Positions 14,084 to 27,100 of a stretch of 64,000 bases of DNA are shown in pieces. Under the pieces are notes generated by a model, which saw nothing but the letters and a program-made list of their open reading frames with translations, made no database searches and had not been told where the DNA came from. The first letter of the stretch is position 1, and every line of letters begins with the position of its first letter. Both the position numbers and the translations under genes were made by a program. The stretch comes from Selaginella moellendorffii. Lineage: Eukaryota; Plantae; Lycopodiophyta. The stretch spans positions 506,236 to 570,235 of the forward strand of contig NW_003314321.1 of NCBI RefSeq assembly GCF_000143415.4. Reading direction: 5' to 3'.

Positions 14084-14145
14084 TGGGGTGAGCGTGGATC
14101 GAACATGCGGCCTTCAGATTTTCAGTCTGACGGAGCTATCCCCAC
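14084..14145 (-). pseudogene. tRNA-Phe(GAA) pseudogene with most of the D-arm deleted
   Basis: Reverse complement GTGGGGATAGCTC-CGTCAGACTGAAAATCTGAAGGCCGCATGTTCGATCCACGCTCACCCCA matches plant cytosolic tRNA-Phe minus ~11 nt of the D-loop. A T7 Pol III terminator follows (A-run 14074-14080). Confidence 0.85.
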
Positions 14146-14679
14146 TTGATCAGTCTTAACCAGCAGCTGAGGTTTACCGTGCTAACGAAAACCTTTTGGC
14201 TATGGCAGTTTGTAAATGAGGAAATGGGAGCGATGGCACTGTACAAATATTGCCTTCCATTGGACTGGAGGTTTATTTTATCGTGTGCCATCCAAGTAGG
14301 AAGAAGTATCTAATTTCCAAACACCTCTTGTTTTGATGTCACTTGAGGAGGGAATGCTTCACAAAATTGGATCATTTAAATGAAATCTGCGGCTTTGGAG
14401 CCTAGTTCTACCATGGTACGTCTTCCACTGATGTCATAGAAATTTATTCTCTTAGCTGGAAATTCTTTGCCTTATAGTAATCACGAGGATTGAAAGAACA
14501 GAAAAAGTAGAACAAACGGGATTGCAAGTCAATGAACTTCTTTCTACGACTTAGAGGGGAGGTTACCTTTAGGACGTGCAAACAAATGATGAAAAGAGCA
14601 CAGGTAGCAGAGAAGAGCAAAAACGAAATGGAAGATGACAGAGATCTTTCCAGCGGGATCGAGAAAAGCTGTATTGTCC

Positions 14680-15140
14680 ACAAGTATCTAGGAGGACTCT
14701 AATGTCTGTTGCCAAGGAGCTGGAAGCTATCAATGGTTTTCAGGTGGGAATTCAAGGTACATTTTTTGTAGATATATGAGGCAATGCTGACTTGTGTGCT
14801 AAATTACAGCTTGTTTACCAACATGAGCGAGCAGCTTGGACGTGAACCAACAGTCAGAGAATGGGCCGAGGCATTGAAAATAGAACCTCAAGAGCTTAGG
14901 AGCAAGCTCAAACATGGTCTCTTCAAATCTCGGGCTAGAAAGTCGACAATAAGTATTAAAATATTTTTATTCTCTGTTATGTTAGTTTATTGTCAATTAT
15001 TTGGCTTTCTACTACAGATCAACGGTATACTTCATGATGTTGAAAAGTTCAACACTTCTCTCGAGGTTTCTGGCGTTAAACTTACGTGCTTTGGCAAGAG
15101 AGATCGGGAACAAAGTTTGCACTTACCAATCACGCTCCTA
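14680..15140 (+). pseudogene. Plastid RNA polymerase sigma factor fragment
   Basis: SEQLGREPTVREWAEA...ELRSKL and GILHDVEKFN (cf. GLLRGAEKFD), with residual intron signals. Degenerate and incomplete. Confidence 0.65.
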
Positions 15141-15147
15141 AGAATGC

Positions 15148-15178
15148 TGTGTGTGTGTGTGTGTGTGTGTGTGAGAGT

Positions 15179-15228
<50 letters not shown>
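15148..15228. repeat. Compound (TG)n(AG)n microsatellite
   Basis: Directly visible. Confidence 0.95.
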
Positions 15229-15231
<3 letters not shown>

Positions 15232-15539
15232 TTTCAGTATACTAACTTAATCATGAGATTCAATCTGACGGATAGATGGCAGGGTGTTTGTTTTGGCCGT
15301 CCGATCAACTTCGAAGTTTTGTAATATAGTGCTATCTTTTGGTCTCCAAATAGTTTCTGGACATCCAACCTCTTCTGAAATCTGTTTCAGTAGCATTGCA
15401 AGTGCTATCACCATTGACTGTCAGAAAACAAGTTGAAGAAAACTTGAACGAAAAAGTTGGGGGACTTTAAACTTTGGAGCCATTGAAGTTTATCAAATTT
15501 ACTCAAAACTTAAGCAAGCTGTGAAAATCCCATGACTTG

Positions 15540-15859
15540 GCGATTCCGGCGCCTACCACCGTTATAGATCAACGTCGATGGCATCGAGCATCGCCCTAAT
15601 GATGATCATAGGGATGCTCATCAATGGCCCTGGGAACTCACAGCTCACTCAAGGGCGACGTGAGAGCTCTGGCAACAGTGACTGCGATCATTGATGGGTG
15701 TGGATCGCTGGGGAGGCAGTCGGGCCAGTGTTGACAGGATATCTCTCCACCAGCGGCTGGGACAAAGTTTTCTACACGCTGATGGTGGCGGCGCTGGTGG
15801 TAGGGCTGCTGCTGACGAGACTGGTGGTGGCAGAGATCCGGGAGAAAGTTAGCAGCTAG
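15540..15859 (+). pseudogene. Glycerol-3-phosphate permease (G3Pp/SLC37-type MFS) C-terminal fragment
   Basis: GMLINGP / LGTHSSLKGDVRALATVTAIIDGCGSLG / AVGPVLTGYLSTSGWDKVFYTLMVAALVVGLLLTRLVVAEIREK*. Frameshifts, and the segment expected between NGP and LGTH is missing. Confidence 0.85.
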
Positions 15860-16454
15860 GAATGGACTCAAATTGGTAATAATGTTGCTGCTCTGCTGCA
15901 AAGCTGGAGGGTGATCGTCTTCCTCCAGTCTAGGATCAATCTCTCTTGTTCTTGACGAAAGTCTTTGTGGCTCCTCGGTTTTGGCAGATTAATCGCGAGC
16001 TCCAAGAGAGAGAAGAGGCGTTCCTTGAAAAAGGAGGCATACGGGGAAAAGAATTTTGTATTAACTGGCCTAAACCGCTGTTTGATCCAAACGGTCACAA
16101 TTTAAATAGGCTTTAGTTTTCTGGGATCCATCAAAGTCAGTAAGCAAGGCGAGAAGATAGCAAGCAAGAGAAAACATGGGGCACAAATAACGCCACCAAG
16201 TTTGCTGGTGAGCTAGGGCTGAAACTTCCACCTCCAGCCAAGGCTCTACGGACACCACCAGCACTCTACTTTTCACTTTAGTGTTTAATTGGTAAATGAT
16301 GTTTATTTAAAAACTTTATAAGGCTTTAAAAATCAATTTACTCATGGACACTTATAGATTATGAAATGCTTGCTGGGGATTATTTTTTCTATGTTTCTTT
16401 CTCTATGCTAGAACCATTTAAGATTCGCACGCAGCTAGGGTGGTGCTTGGATCG

Positions 16455-16720
16455 GTGTCAAAGGGAGGGGTGAGCTAGACTTGGTAGAAGAGCTCATCTG
16501 GGCGATGGCAGTGGAAGAGTGGGATGAAAGGATTTGGCACTCACTGCTAGAGTCAGAGCTACAATAAAGAGAATGCCCCAAATCTGAACTTGAATGGGCA
16601 CTAGACCACTAGCGTGATCTATTGTGTAGCAGCTTCTTAGAAAACCTCAATTTGGAAATCTTTGAAAAGTTAGAGACTAAATTAAGCATGAGTAGTACAA
16701 GCAAATGGGCAGATTGAAGA
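16455..16720 (+). pseudogene. PPR E-domain fragment
   Basis: RGELDLVEELIWAMAVEEWDERIWHSLL resembles the S2/E1 junction (GxLxxAEELIxxMPxxPD..W.SLL). Confidence 0.5.
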
Positions 16721-16814
16721 AGATATGTTGATCTATTTTATAGAAAACTTGACTTGTATGGGAAAGATACTTACCTTTACTTTAATTTCCTCAAAATAAA
16801 GTTTAATAATCTGC

Positions 16815-17320
16815 TATTAGCATATCTCATATCATGGTGCTATGAACCAAAGTTTCCTGTAGGTTTGAGTTTAAGTTCCATTCAAATGTCTCTTGCCTAT
16901 GATTTCCTTGAGGATATGCAAGAGAAATTTGATAACAACAATACTTATTAGCCAACTTCTTGTCTTGTTCTTGAGGTTGCTTATGTTCAACTTTGCCAAC
17001 TTGATGGAGGTGATAAGATTTTCTTTAAGTTGTCAAGTCTTTGAAAAAAGGTGGTAGTGCTAAGTTGTCTTCAGGGGACTTCAAAGATCTTGTTTACACT
17101 TAATTAAACTTGCTCACTAGTTTGAAAATTCATCCACTGTTCCATGTGATCAAGTTTAAAATATGTTTACACTCTAGTGATGTCATGGATCAGTCCCATC
17201 ATTTAAATCTTAGAAATTGATGTTAGGAATGTTGGTTTAGCTGATGTTTTTACTCAAAGGATGGTGAAAATATGCTACAAGACAATTCAGATGTTAATTC
17301 AGTGGAATAACTATTTTATG
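16815..17320 (+). pseudogene. Possible longin-domain SNARE (SEC22/VAMP7-like) relic
   Basis: YLISWCYEPKFP...LAYDFLEDMQEKF resembles the longin motif LAFxYLEDLxxEF. Heavily decayed. Confidence 0.35.
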
Positions 17321-18510
17321 GGAAATTAAGGATGAAAGTATTTTTAAGTTTTGGTTATAATTTGGATGATATTTTTTAGGAAGGGGAAAATTGAGTTTTA
17401 TACCCATACTACTACATGATTTAAGCCATTGTTATATTCTCATTCTCTTGTTTCTATGATTGTATTGTCATGTGAAAAAACTGTATTGTTTTCTTATTTG
17501 TTTTCTTGTTTATCTTCTTACACACAAAAGTATATATACTTTAAATGTTCCAAACGCCATCACCACACGATATTGCTGGGTTCTGTAGGCCTGGGATGGT
17601 CGAGGATGCTATCAAGCTAGTGCTCAAGTGAATATGACGAGCTAAATGAAAAAAAAGACCTCAGCAAACAACCGCTTTTGCTCCGTGATCACGGCCAGCC
17701 ATTAACCTCCAGCGCCATGGCAAAGCTTTCCACTGCTGTGGAGGAGCAGTGGCAGCTGCTGTACCTGTGCTCCATCTCAGCAGCGCCCTTACACCCTCTC
17801 CTCTAGATCTAAGAAACTTGAAATGCGCTGAGCTGAGAAGCCCCTATAAATCGAAGGATAAGTGTTTGGTTTTATACCAATCAAAACGTCTCTAAAATGT
17901 TCGTTATGAAGATTCGAGCCGGTCTTCACGAGTTAACTGCCCAAGGTTCTATGACTCGGTGGTTGGAGAAAACCTTCCATTCCATCACGGTTCTAAATGT
18001 GTACTCGAGGCCAAGGGTGATCCAAGGGAGCTAGATTTCATCCAGCGAAACAAAATCTCCAACGCTACAACATTCGTGAGCTCCATTGCCCAAATTATTG
18101 TTCTTGAGCTCCATTGCTGCGGTTCTACAAATGCTCCATCACGCTCTTGTCTATCCTGGGCAGGAAAGAAAAACAAAAAAAAAACAAAAACACCAGAGTC
18201 GGGATTGGGAAGAATGGGTGGAGAAAGGAAAATCCCTACAAGAAACTTCCTCTAAGCGCTTCGCAAAGAGCTGAACTGCTCCAAATAACACCAAGGCGCA
18301 ACGCGATTCGAGCAGCACGAAAGCTCAAGCAAGTTCAAAGGAAAGGAAAAAGAAGTGAAATCACGGAGTGTTTTGCACAGACACCGAACTTGGCGCAGGA
18401 TTCCAGGACGGGATACACGTAGAAAATAGGAAATGACTTTCATGTCGAATCCCAGCCGTTAGATCACGCCCTTCGTTTAGGGTTTTCCGGCTACGGTCCC
18501 CAAGGTTCCG

Positions 18511-18876
18511 ATGGCCGACAGATGCAGGAAGAGGTATTGCCCTACCAACGGAGATCACTCGGCAGCCACGCTTCCCAAGGGCACCTTCGGGCCCATGGAT
18601 GAACGTGGGAACCGTTTATACTGGTGCGTGAGAGGCGAGGAATGGCCCCCTGACAGGAGCAGCAGCTTCTCGCAGGAGGAAGTCGACGAAGTGACGGCGC
18701 TGCGGGAGATTTATGATGGGCCAGGCTTCAAGTTCTCCTTCTTGGTGAGCCCAGAAACCTGCGATTGCCAGGTTATTTTCCTTCTCCGTGGCTTCTATTC
18801 GGCGCTCATGCGGGGCTACAAGCACGACCAGCCAAAGCTAACGTATGAATATCGGGTGAAGCATGGTTACAAGTAG
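18511..18876 (+). CDS. Small intronless orphan protein (121 aa); central part resembles an RWD-domain N-terminal helix
   Basis: ATG-to-stop ORF with gene-like GC content, telo-box (TAGGGTTT) ~30 nt upstream, SQEEVDEVTALREIYD cf. RWD EEQEEELEALESIY. Confidence 0.5.
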   Translation: MADRCRKRYCPTNGDHSAATLPKGTFGPMDERGNRLYWCVRGEEWPPDRSSSFSQEEVDEVTALREIYDGPGFKFSFLVSPETCDCQVIFLLRGFYSALMRGYKHDQPKLTYEYRVKHGYK

Positions 18877-20355
18877 AAGGTCTGGAGCTTTCTGCTTTGC
18901 ATGCCACTATTGAGGGATGGGCCATGATCTGAACGAGTTGTGTGAGGTGTTTTGTAATCTCGAAGAGGATAATTGCCACCTTTAAATTCCGTAGGCTTTT
19001 CTAGAGGATGGATCTCACTTTAAAAGTCGCTTAAAAGAAACTTTTAGACACTTTTTGAGTGGCTTTTCCAACAAAAGTCACAATGTTTAACTCGCTGTGC
19101 ACACCAAGCGCATTGACCACTGAGAATCTCTAACAGTAGTGCTGTTGGCTGCCTGGGTGGCAGAAAAACTTCCACTAATAACTTTTCATTTGTTAATCTG
19201 ATTCATTCTTAATGTCCATGTGTGAAAGACTTTACATAATAACAATTTTGTTAAAGCTTATTTCAACTGAGAGTGAAGAGCACCAACGTTTTCCCTCGTC
19301 AAAATCCAGAAAGTCAGCTCCTCCATATGCAAGACCAACCTGCTTAAATTCAATTGACAAGGGAATTTTGTAAGCAAGAATCCAGCCAAGAAAATCAGAA
19401 AACCTGCAAGAGATCTGGAAATGTGGAGATCTTCCGGGCTCAATGGATGATCAATGGATTCGATGAAACTATAAGGACAGTTTTAAGGCCCCATTCGCAG
19501 CATACAAAGCGCAGATAATCTCGCTTGAATAAGTGCCTACACAAAACCACCATCGATCGAAATTAGTGAGAGAAATACCTTATGTTTGGGAAACCGTTGG
19601 GTGTCACTAGTGAAACTACCCTTCGAATTTCATGCACATGTCACATTCATGGAGAGTCCGGAGCTTCAGAGATGATCTTATTGCCACACATGATGTGCAG
19701 AAGCCCTTCACAGAGCTTCAGAGTACTATGTTCCGCTTTAAGACCCTGACCATTCCATGGGTAGTTCATGGCAATCCACTGGTAGGAAACAACATAGGTT
19801 CCCTCAGCCACTCCGCTCATGTCATTACTCGTGAGGATTCTGTTGGCCCTCCTCTTTGAACTTGGGAGCAACCTTGCCGCTGAGAGAAGCCAATGCTCTT
19901 GTTGCTGAGAGAATGGAAGTTCACTTTCGGGGACGTTTGAAAGGACAAGCTTGCTCAGACTTGAAGAGTCCGGGGATGACACTGAAAATGTTTACCGCCT
20001 TGATCCACAACATGCCGTGGAGCAAGGAGTTTCAAACTTCATTGTGCAAACCATCCCTCGTATCCCAAAGGTGAAAAACTTGCAAACAAAGTTTTCCAGC
20101 GCGCTACGAGAACCAGCTAGCCATCGAGAACTTGATGAATGGCTTCTCTCTTAGGCCTATACTTGATAGCCATCTACTCTATGCGTTGACTGGATCCGAT
20201 TGTCATCGTTTTTGAATCCTCGTCCCCAAGAACGCCATAACAGTGAAACACAGCCTTGGACTCGCAGTGGAAGGAAGAGAAGGCAGCAGCGAAGGAAACC
20301 ATGGTCTACGTCTTTGTTGCTATAAACGCTAAACCCCGTTATTAAGCAATGGAGT

Positions 20356-21665
20356 TTAATAGTAAGGCTTGTAAGCCCAGCCATGATCTAACATATACGC
20401 TTGCACTGCTTCCTTGAGCGCCAGGTTTGAGACTATTTGCTCCGGCTCCAAGGGCGCTCTTGTCCATGGATCGAACTTGCCAACCTGTGAAGAACTTTTT
20501 CAGAGAAAGAAAAGAGAGGAGTTTCTTCTCAACCTTTCTCAGGTGCTCCAAGAGGACGGCTCTTTCGTAGCTCACTCCACTGGGCGTGATCACGGGATCT
20601 CTAAACACGTCCATGGTGATCTTGCAGCATAGGTGCTCTGGAATCTAGACGTGAAAAAGAGAAATCGCGTGTTGGATTGATCTTAGAAAACGAAAACGTC
20701 TGTACCTCGGACGGGATATCTGATTCGGCAGCTTTGTTGAAAATATCAGCGATGGTGCGAAGCTTTTCTTGATAGATTTCACGCAATCTAGAGATGGCCT
20801 TCCATTCGCTCTCGTCACTCTCAACAATGTCGTCGTCTTCCATTGGAGTCTCGGCCGCTGCTCTCGCGGCTACCGCCTCATCGTACTCGCGTTTTGCTGC
20901 GACTTCACACATTTCTCTGATAAATGGATCCATCTGACTCGTAAACCGGCCACGAATCACACTGCACAGTACCTTATCTCCTTTTGCTTTGCCCGCCTTG
21001 CGGCGGTCGCGACTTCCCATTGCGTGTACCTCGCCTTTGAAAGCTCCTGCCAGATCTGCTCGACCATGTAAGCCGCGGGATTGGCACCTCTCCCCAAGTC
21101 AAGAGCCTGCGAGAGAGAAACGAAAAGAAGAAGATCTTCAAAAGAAGTGAAAAAGGATGTTCTTTGCGTTCTACCTTCTCGAGTTGCTTGATAGCTTCGG
21201 CATAGTGTTGGCTATTCAGCAAGGCCAGTCCCAGCATGTAATGAGCCTGGAATCCCACAACACAGTAGATTTGAAGCTTTCTAGAACGCTAAAGCTACTC
21301 ACCAACCTTGACCGAAGCCTTGTCAAGCTCCAATGCTTTCCAGCAATCAGCCTCTACTCTCTCCCAGTCACTGCCAAAACAATCGCTTCCTCACTAGGAA
21401 CAAAGAGAAGAAAAAACTCTACCCCTTTCTCTGATAGCACAGCGCGCGATTGGTCCAGTAGACTGGAACGTCCGGGCACAGCGTAATCGCCTGGAACACA
21501 CGCGAAATACCGATCCACTGGAGCGATTTCCCGATCAAGAGCAGCGCAGCGTACCTCGGTGTAGGCATCGATCGCAGCTGAGAGGCGCTCCTTCTTGAAG
21601 TAGAGATTTCCCTGCTCCTTGAGTAACTCAGCTTGCTTGGCAGCGCTCACGATCTTGGCAGACAT
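20356..21665 (-). CDS. CHIP: CHIP TPR/U-box E3 ubiquitin ligase (multi-exon)
   Basis: TPR AELLKEQGNLYFKKERLSAAIDAYTE; AHYMLGLALL; U-box IPEHLCCKITMDVFRDPVITPSGVSYER...FDPWTR...NLALKEAV; ends HGWAYKPYY*. Confidence 0.95.
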
Positions 21666-21863
21666 GAGGCGCCACTGGTAAATCTCGCGAATCCCTGGGC
21701 AGCGCTCGTGAACCCCTGGAGCATTGATTGATTCGCGCCTCTCCTCTTCCAACACGCTGCGTTTCCCCAAACCCTACACTAGACTCAAGGAATCGAACTC
21801 CAAACGCCTCCTTTGATTAAAACAGGGGACTCTGTTCTTCACGCCAGGTGCGCTACGTTCTTC

Positions 21864-24006
21864 TCAAAAGGTCTCTACCAAGAAAGCCTCCTCGTCCATG
21901 GCCATCTCTTCTTCTCCCCTAGCAAGCGAATCTCCTTTCATCCATCGCGAGATCATTTCCAGCGAGTTCTTTGGTTGATCCATCGGCACCATATGCCCCG
22001 CGTCATGGACCTGAGGAAAAGTTCTTTAGAACTTGCCAAGTCAAAGAAAACTCACTCTAGAACACTCTAGAACTATTGAACTAGAGTTCTATCATCTAAA
22101 GAACTAGAACTATAGAACTAGAGTTCTATCATCTAAAGAACTACTAAGCAAAAGAACTAGAAAATGAACCAGATGTTTGTAGAAACATACCTTGAGGAAG
22201 GTCAAGGGACCATAGCCAGAGACCGAGCCTGCCGTCTCGCCATCCACGCTAAAATCCTCCCACGATGCCTCCGCGTAAGATTGCTGGCCGGACCAATCCA
22301 TGGCAGTGACCCAGCGAGAGTTTCCTGCATTTTAGAAACGAACTTATCGACGGGGCTGTTCATGAGTGAAATGGTAGCTTACCGAGCCAGTTGCAAATGA
22401 GATCGTATTCGCCTGCGTACACGAGTAGCTTGATGCCATCTTCCAGAAGAGCTGGGATTCCCACTTCCAGGTTTCGCATCCAGTCGACGAGCATAGCTTC
22501 GTGGACCACGGGGTTGCATGAAACGAAGGTGCGGTTCCTCACACCCAAGGCGACTCGGGTGGAATCTTGGTTGAGGAACTCCTCCATGGCCGAGAAGTCG
22601 TAGCAAAGTTGGCCCACGCATGGCTTCCTTATGTCGTAGTACTGCGAAGGGAAACGTTAAAACCATAGCTGACATTTCCAGAACCGAACAGATGCTTACG
22701 TTTATGTTACCAGCTATAGATAAGATGGACTGAAAAATCGTCTGGCAGATAAGCAAAGCTGCAAGGCAAGTCACAGTCCCCTTCTCTCCTGCAAAACGCA
22801 CATTATAAGCCATCGTTTCATTCCCAGAGTGACAAACTCACCGCAGAGCTTGACAGCCACGCTACAAACCGGATAAATCTTGCTGATCTTCTTGTATTGG
22901 TCCTCATTGATGAGTTTCATCTCCAACGCGTAGTCACCATAAGCCTCGTACTGGATCTCCGGCTGTGTAAGCCCATTCCCGATTGCCACGCCCTGCAACA
23001 ATTAAAAGTACCCGATCCACGATAACGTACTAAATGTTCCACACGACCGACCTTGAGGTTGATGGTGATGCCATCTTTCTTCTTGTTGTGATCGTGGATG
23101 TTAGTTGCAACAGCGGGGATATAATGGCCAGCGTAAGATTCTCCGGTGACATAGAAATCCCTGTCAGCATACTCGGGATGCTTCTTGAAGAATGCCTGTT
23201 CATGACAGAGAAGGAAACATACATAGTAGACGAAGAGAAAAAAAATGTGGTGAAAGTACCTCGAGAAAATCATACATATCCTTGCTCACGCCTTTCTCAT
23301 CGTGCCTGATGTCTCGAACGTCACTGCTATAGCTAAATCCCGTTCCAATTGGTTGATCGACAAAGATGATGTTGGAAACCTGGCAAAAGCAGCATGAGAT
23401 CGCCGAAAAGAAACCACATTCTCTACCGAAACGAGACAGAAACCCAATTGTCTATCAAGTATCTCACCTTGTCCCAGCCATACTTGTTCCAGTAGAGAGA
23501 TAGATTCTTGGCGATGTGAAACGGCCCATTCTCATAAAAGAGAGCGACCTCGCTGCCACAGCCCGGGCCGCCGGTCATCCAAAGGACAAGAGGGTCCTTC
23601 GATCGATTCCCTCGCGACTCAAAGAAGAAGTAGAACATCCTGCCATGCGTATTCTCTCATCGCGCGCAAGAGATGGAAAGAAATCGCTTTACCTCGCGGA
23701 GTGCGTGCCCTCCAGCTTGAAATATCCCGCATGGTGTCCAAGATCCTCCACCGTGACCTCGGACTCGGAATCGCCCTTGATTCCCAGCTCAACCCGGCGC
23801 TCCACAAGACGTTCCACCGACATTTCCAGCTCCGGAGAAGAATCCTCCGCGGAATCGTCGACATGCGGCAGCAAATTCATAGCCCGGATCATCTGCTCGG
23901 CCTGGTGCCGAGGCCGCGCCGCCGAAATCTCGCGGAGAAACGCATCCTCGAGCGATGAAATCCCGGCGATCGCCGACAAGACAAGCAAGAACGTCGCAAG
24001 CGCCAT
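21864..24006 (-). CDS. Serine carboxypeptidase S10 (SCPL48/49-like), signal peptide, multi-exon
   Basis: [30 protein letters not shown] (Ser), [11 protein letters not shown] (Asp), [13 protein letters not shown] (His). Confidence 0.95.
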
Positions 24007-24130
24007 AGCTCCCACTCAAAGTGATTAGGGCGAAATGGAATACATTTCTTTCAAATTAAATGGGACCTAGTTAAATAGAGAACTTTTGTTCTTCGCTCTT
24101 CAGGAACTTGGAAAAGTTTCGCGAAAGAGC

Positions 24131-27100
24131 TTATCGCCGATGGTGGTGTCTTCCACTACTGCTGGTATGCCTGTATCGATCCTCCTCGTAGTGATCTGGT
24201 CGCCACCGAGCGAGATCGTCGCTAGCTTCCGAGTGGTGATGCCTGCTACTGCGAGAGCTCTCCAATTGACGAGAGTGGTGATCCTCCGAGTGATGATCTC
24301 GCGAAGGTAGATAGCTCCTGCTGCTTCGATCTTCCCGGGGCTTCTTGTCATCGTAAGAGCTCCGGGTCTTCTCCTCCTCGATCTCCCGCGATCTGTTCCT
24401 TCGTTTCCTGCTCTCCTCCTTTCTCTTCTCGTCCGTGCTCGTGATCTCGGCCTCCCTCTCGCTGTGGTGCTTGCTCCTCGAGCTCTCGGACGTCTTCTCG
24501 GACGGTGGCTTAGACGTCTTCTCGTGCTGCTTGTTCCTGGCGCTCTCGGATGATCTGCTAGTGTGTGGCTGGTCGCTTCTCTTGCTGTCTTTCTCCTGGG
24601 ATCGTCGACTTGACGCTGGTGGTGGTGCCTCTTCCGGTTTAGAGCTGAATTTGCTGCGCCGCTCTTCCTTGTGATGCTGCTCGTCTGCATAGCGCCGAGC
24701 ACTTTCGTAGTCCCGCTCCTTGTTGTACTGCTTGGCCGAGGTTCTCTCCCTGTCAGACCTCTCTCTGTCAGAGTAGTTCCTCGTGGAATCGTAGTCGGCC
24801 TCGGGCTTTTTGTGATGCCTCTCCACACTGCCATTCCTGCGGTCTCGGCTTTCGGAAGGACGGCCGTGTCTCGAGTCTTTTGGAGGTGACCTTCCACGTC
24901 TCGAGTCTTGTGGAGGTGATCTTCCACGAGTGCTGCTTTGGGACCAGTCACCTCTGCGAGCACCACAACCGTGTTTCTAAAACCCGACACAGTAAATACA
25001 TATACATACCTGTGGTCATTTCTAGATCGTCGGTTGTGTTCTTCTTCCTTGAGTTTCATAAAGTCCTCCCTGCTCAGCGGCATGTCGCCACCCATCATAC
25101 CGGGATGATCACCGAACCTGTTCAACAAATTAGACGTTAGATTCTTTCTATTCCAGAAAGAAAGGAACGTACCAATGCATGGGAGGAATACTTGCGTACG
25201 GAGGTGGCACGCAAGGAGGGATCTGATACGCTCCAGGTGGTGGCACAGGTCCAAGGCCAGGGCCATACATTCCATCGGCGTAGCCTGGGAGAAACGGTGG
25301 TACAGGCGGTCCAGGCCAAAACATATCCGGACCGTATGGCCCCATTGGAAAAGCTCCACCTGATAGACCACAAGCGTTAAGACAAGATCGTCACGGAAAG
25401 AGATAGTCAGACTCGCCTGGCGGAAACATGCCAGGATGTGGTGGATATGCTCCAGCATTTTCAACGCAGTCTTTCGCAAGATGGCCAGCCTCGCCACACT
25501 GATAACAAAAACGCTCGCCCTGCCATATATGAAACGTAAGTACGAAACGCAAAGATCAGCAAGTGGCTAAACTACCTTGCCACTAGCGTCCGCACCGCCT
25601 CCATCCACTATAGCAAAATACTAAAGTGAGCAAACATTCCAACAGCAAAAGCAAAATGAAGAGAAGCACTTACCCGAATTCATACCACGAGCCCGCTTCT
25701 TCTTTTTCTTGCCTGAGATAGCCAAACAACAAAAATGTTAGTCGCAACCATTCAATAGTTCTTGTTCACCTGAGTAGGCAGCCAAACCAGGAACCGACTT
25801 AGAACATAAACCTGTTGCGGTCGACTTCGAAAAACTCGAGAAGTCACGCGACAGCTGAAATCTACCTATCTAAAATGTAGGAAACAGAAGCAAAGGGAAC
25901 GAGAACGAGAACCGGAGGCTCCAAGAAGTGCAGCTGAGGATTAACTTCCCAAAGTTTGAAAGACACACCTTTGCTAACCTCAGACTCCAGAGCTATCTCA
26001 TCTGCGCCCTTATGAACAAAGGGCTCAGAAGTTTTTCCCCCATCTCCAAGGTCTCTAAGTGCCTCGTTGCCTTCCGGGTTGAGACTTCCAGAGGCATCCT
26101 TCGGTATTACAGGATGTGAATTTGCATCCGTCTTGTTAGCCACACTACTCTCTGCATTGACTACACCTGACGAGGCTTCCCTTGCTTTACCGGCCTCAAC
26201 GTTATCATCAGCAGAGTGCTTCGACTCTGACAGAGAAATGACGTGTTGCGCGGTAGAGTCCCCATCTGCATAGCATGATCCAACAATAAGAAGCCTTTTC
26301 TAAAGTATAAACGCTTACCAGGTATTGCTACACCTTGATCCCCGGTAGTCGAAAGCGTTTGCGACTGCATAAATTTGTCAATAGCCTGCCGTAAAGCAAT
26401 GTTTGGCAGCAAGTCATCATTTTTGAATCTCGCTGAACCACACTGAGGGCATTGTCCCTTCAACATGAGGTTCTGTCTTATACCTGAAGAAACGCACAGA
26501 AACAGTTGGCACCATCAAACAAGGAAATTTTGGATGGGGCTTACACTTATCGCAAAAACTGTATTGGCAACAAGGAATCATCACAGCGTCTTTAAATGTC
26601 GAGCGACAAAGTGGACATCGAAGTTCCGAAGGTGCCTCTGTCGTTGGCTTTACGGAGAGTAAAGCATTCGCCTCTTTCGCAAACAAATTTCTGTAGCAAA
26701 GTGTCAGCACGAGAAATAGTCATTCCAAATAAATCACGTACTCGTCCGGTTGCATCATCGCCACTGAACCGTCGGGTAGCACATATGAACCTTCTTGGTC
26801 GAGTCTCAAGCGTGTCCTTGGAATACCAACTGGGAGCCTCACTTTCTTGATGTCGTAATTCGGATCACCATTTGTTGGACACTGTTGTATAAAATGGCCT
26901 GAATACAATCAACTAAGAAACTCCGAATGAGCGTAACGAACAACTTCTTACCTGGCTGACCACAACGATGACAAACATATCCAGCAGGAGGACCTCCTGA
27001 GCCACGACCTGAAACAACCAATGTGAGTAAACTAAGCGCAAATTAGCAAGCACAGGCTACCTCTGCCTTTTCCTCCTCCACGGGGAACAAAAGACGGATT

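Noticed and set aside
22040-22165. Tandem ~45-bp duplication with tagaac..gttcta palindromes
   Set aside because: Inside the last SCPL intron; local slippage, no sign of function.
24100-25497. 465-aa minus-strand ORF
   Set aside because: Off-frame read-through across introns and exons of the DWNN/RING gene.
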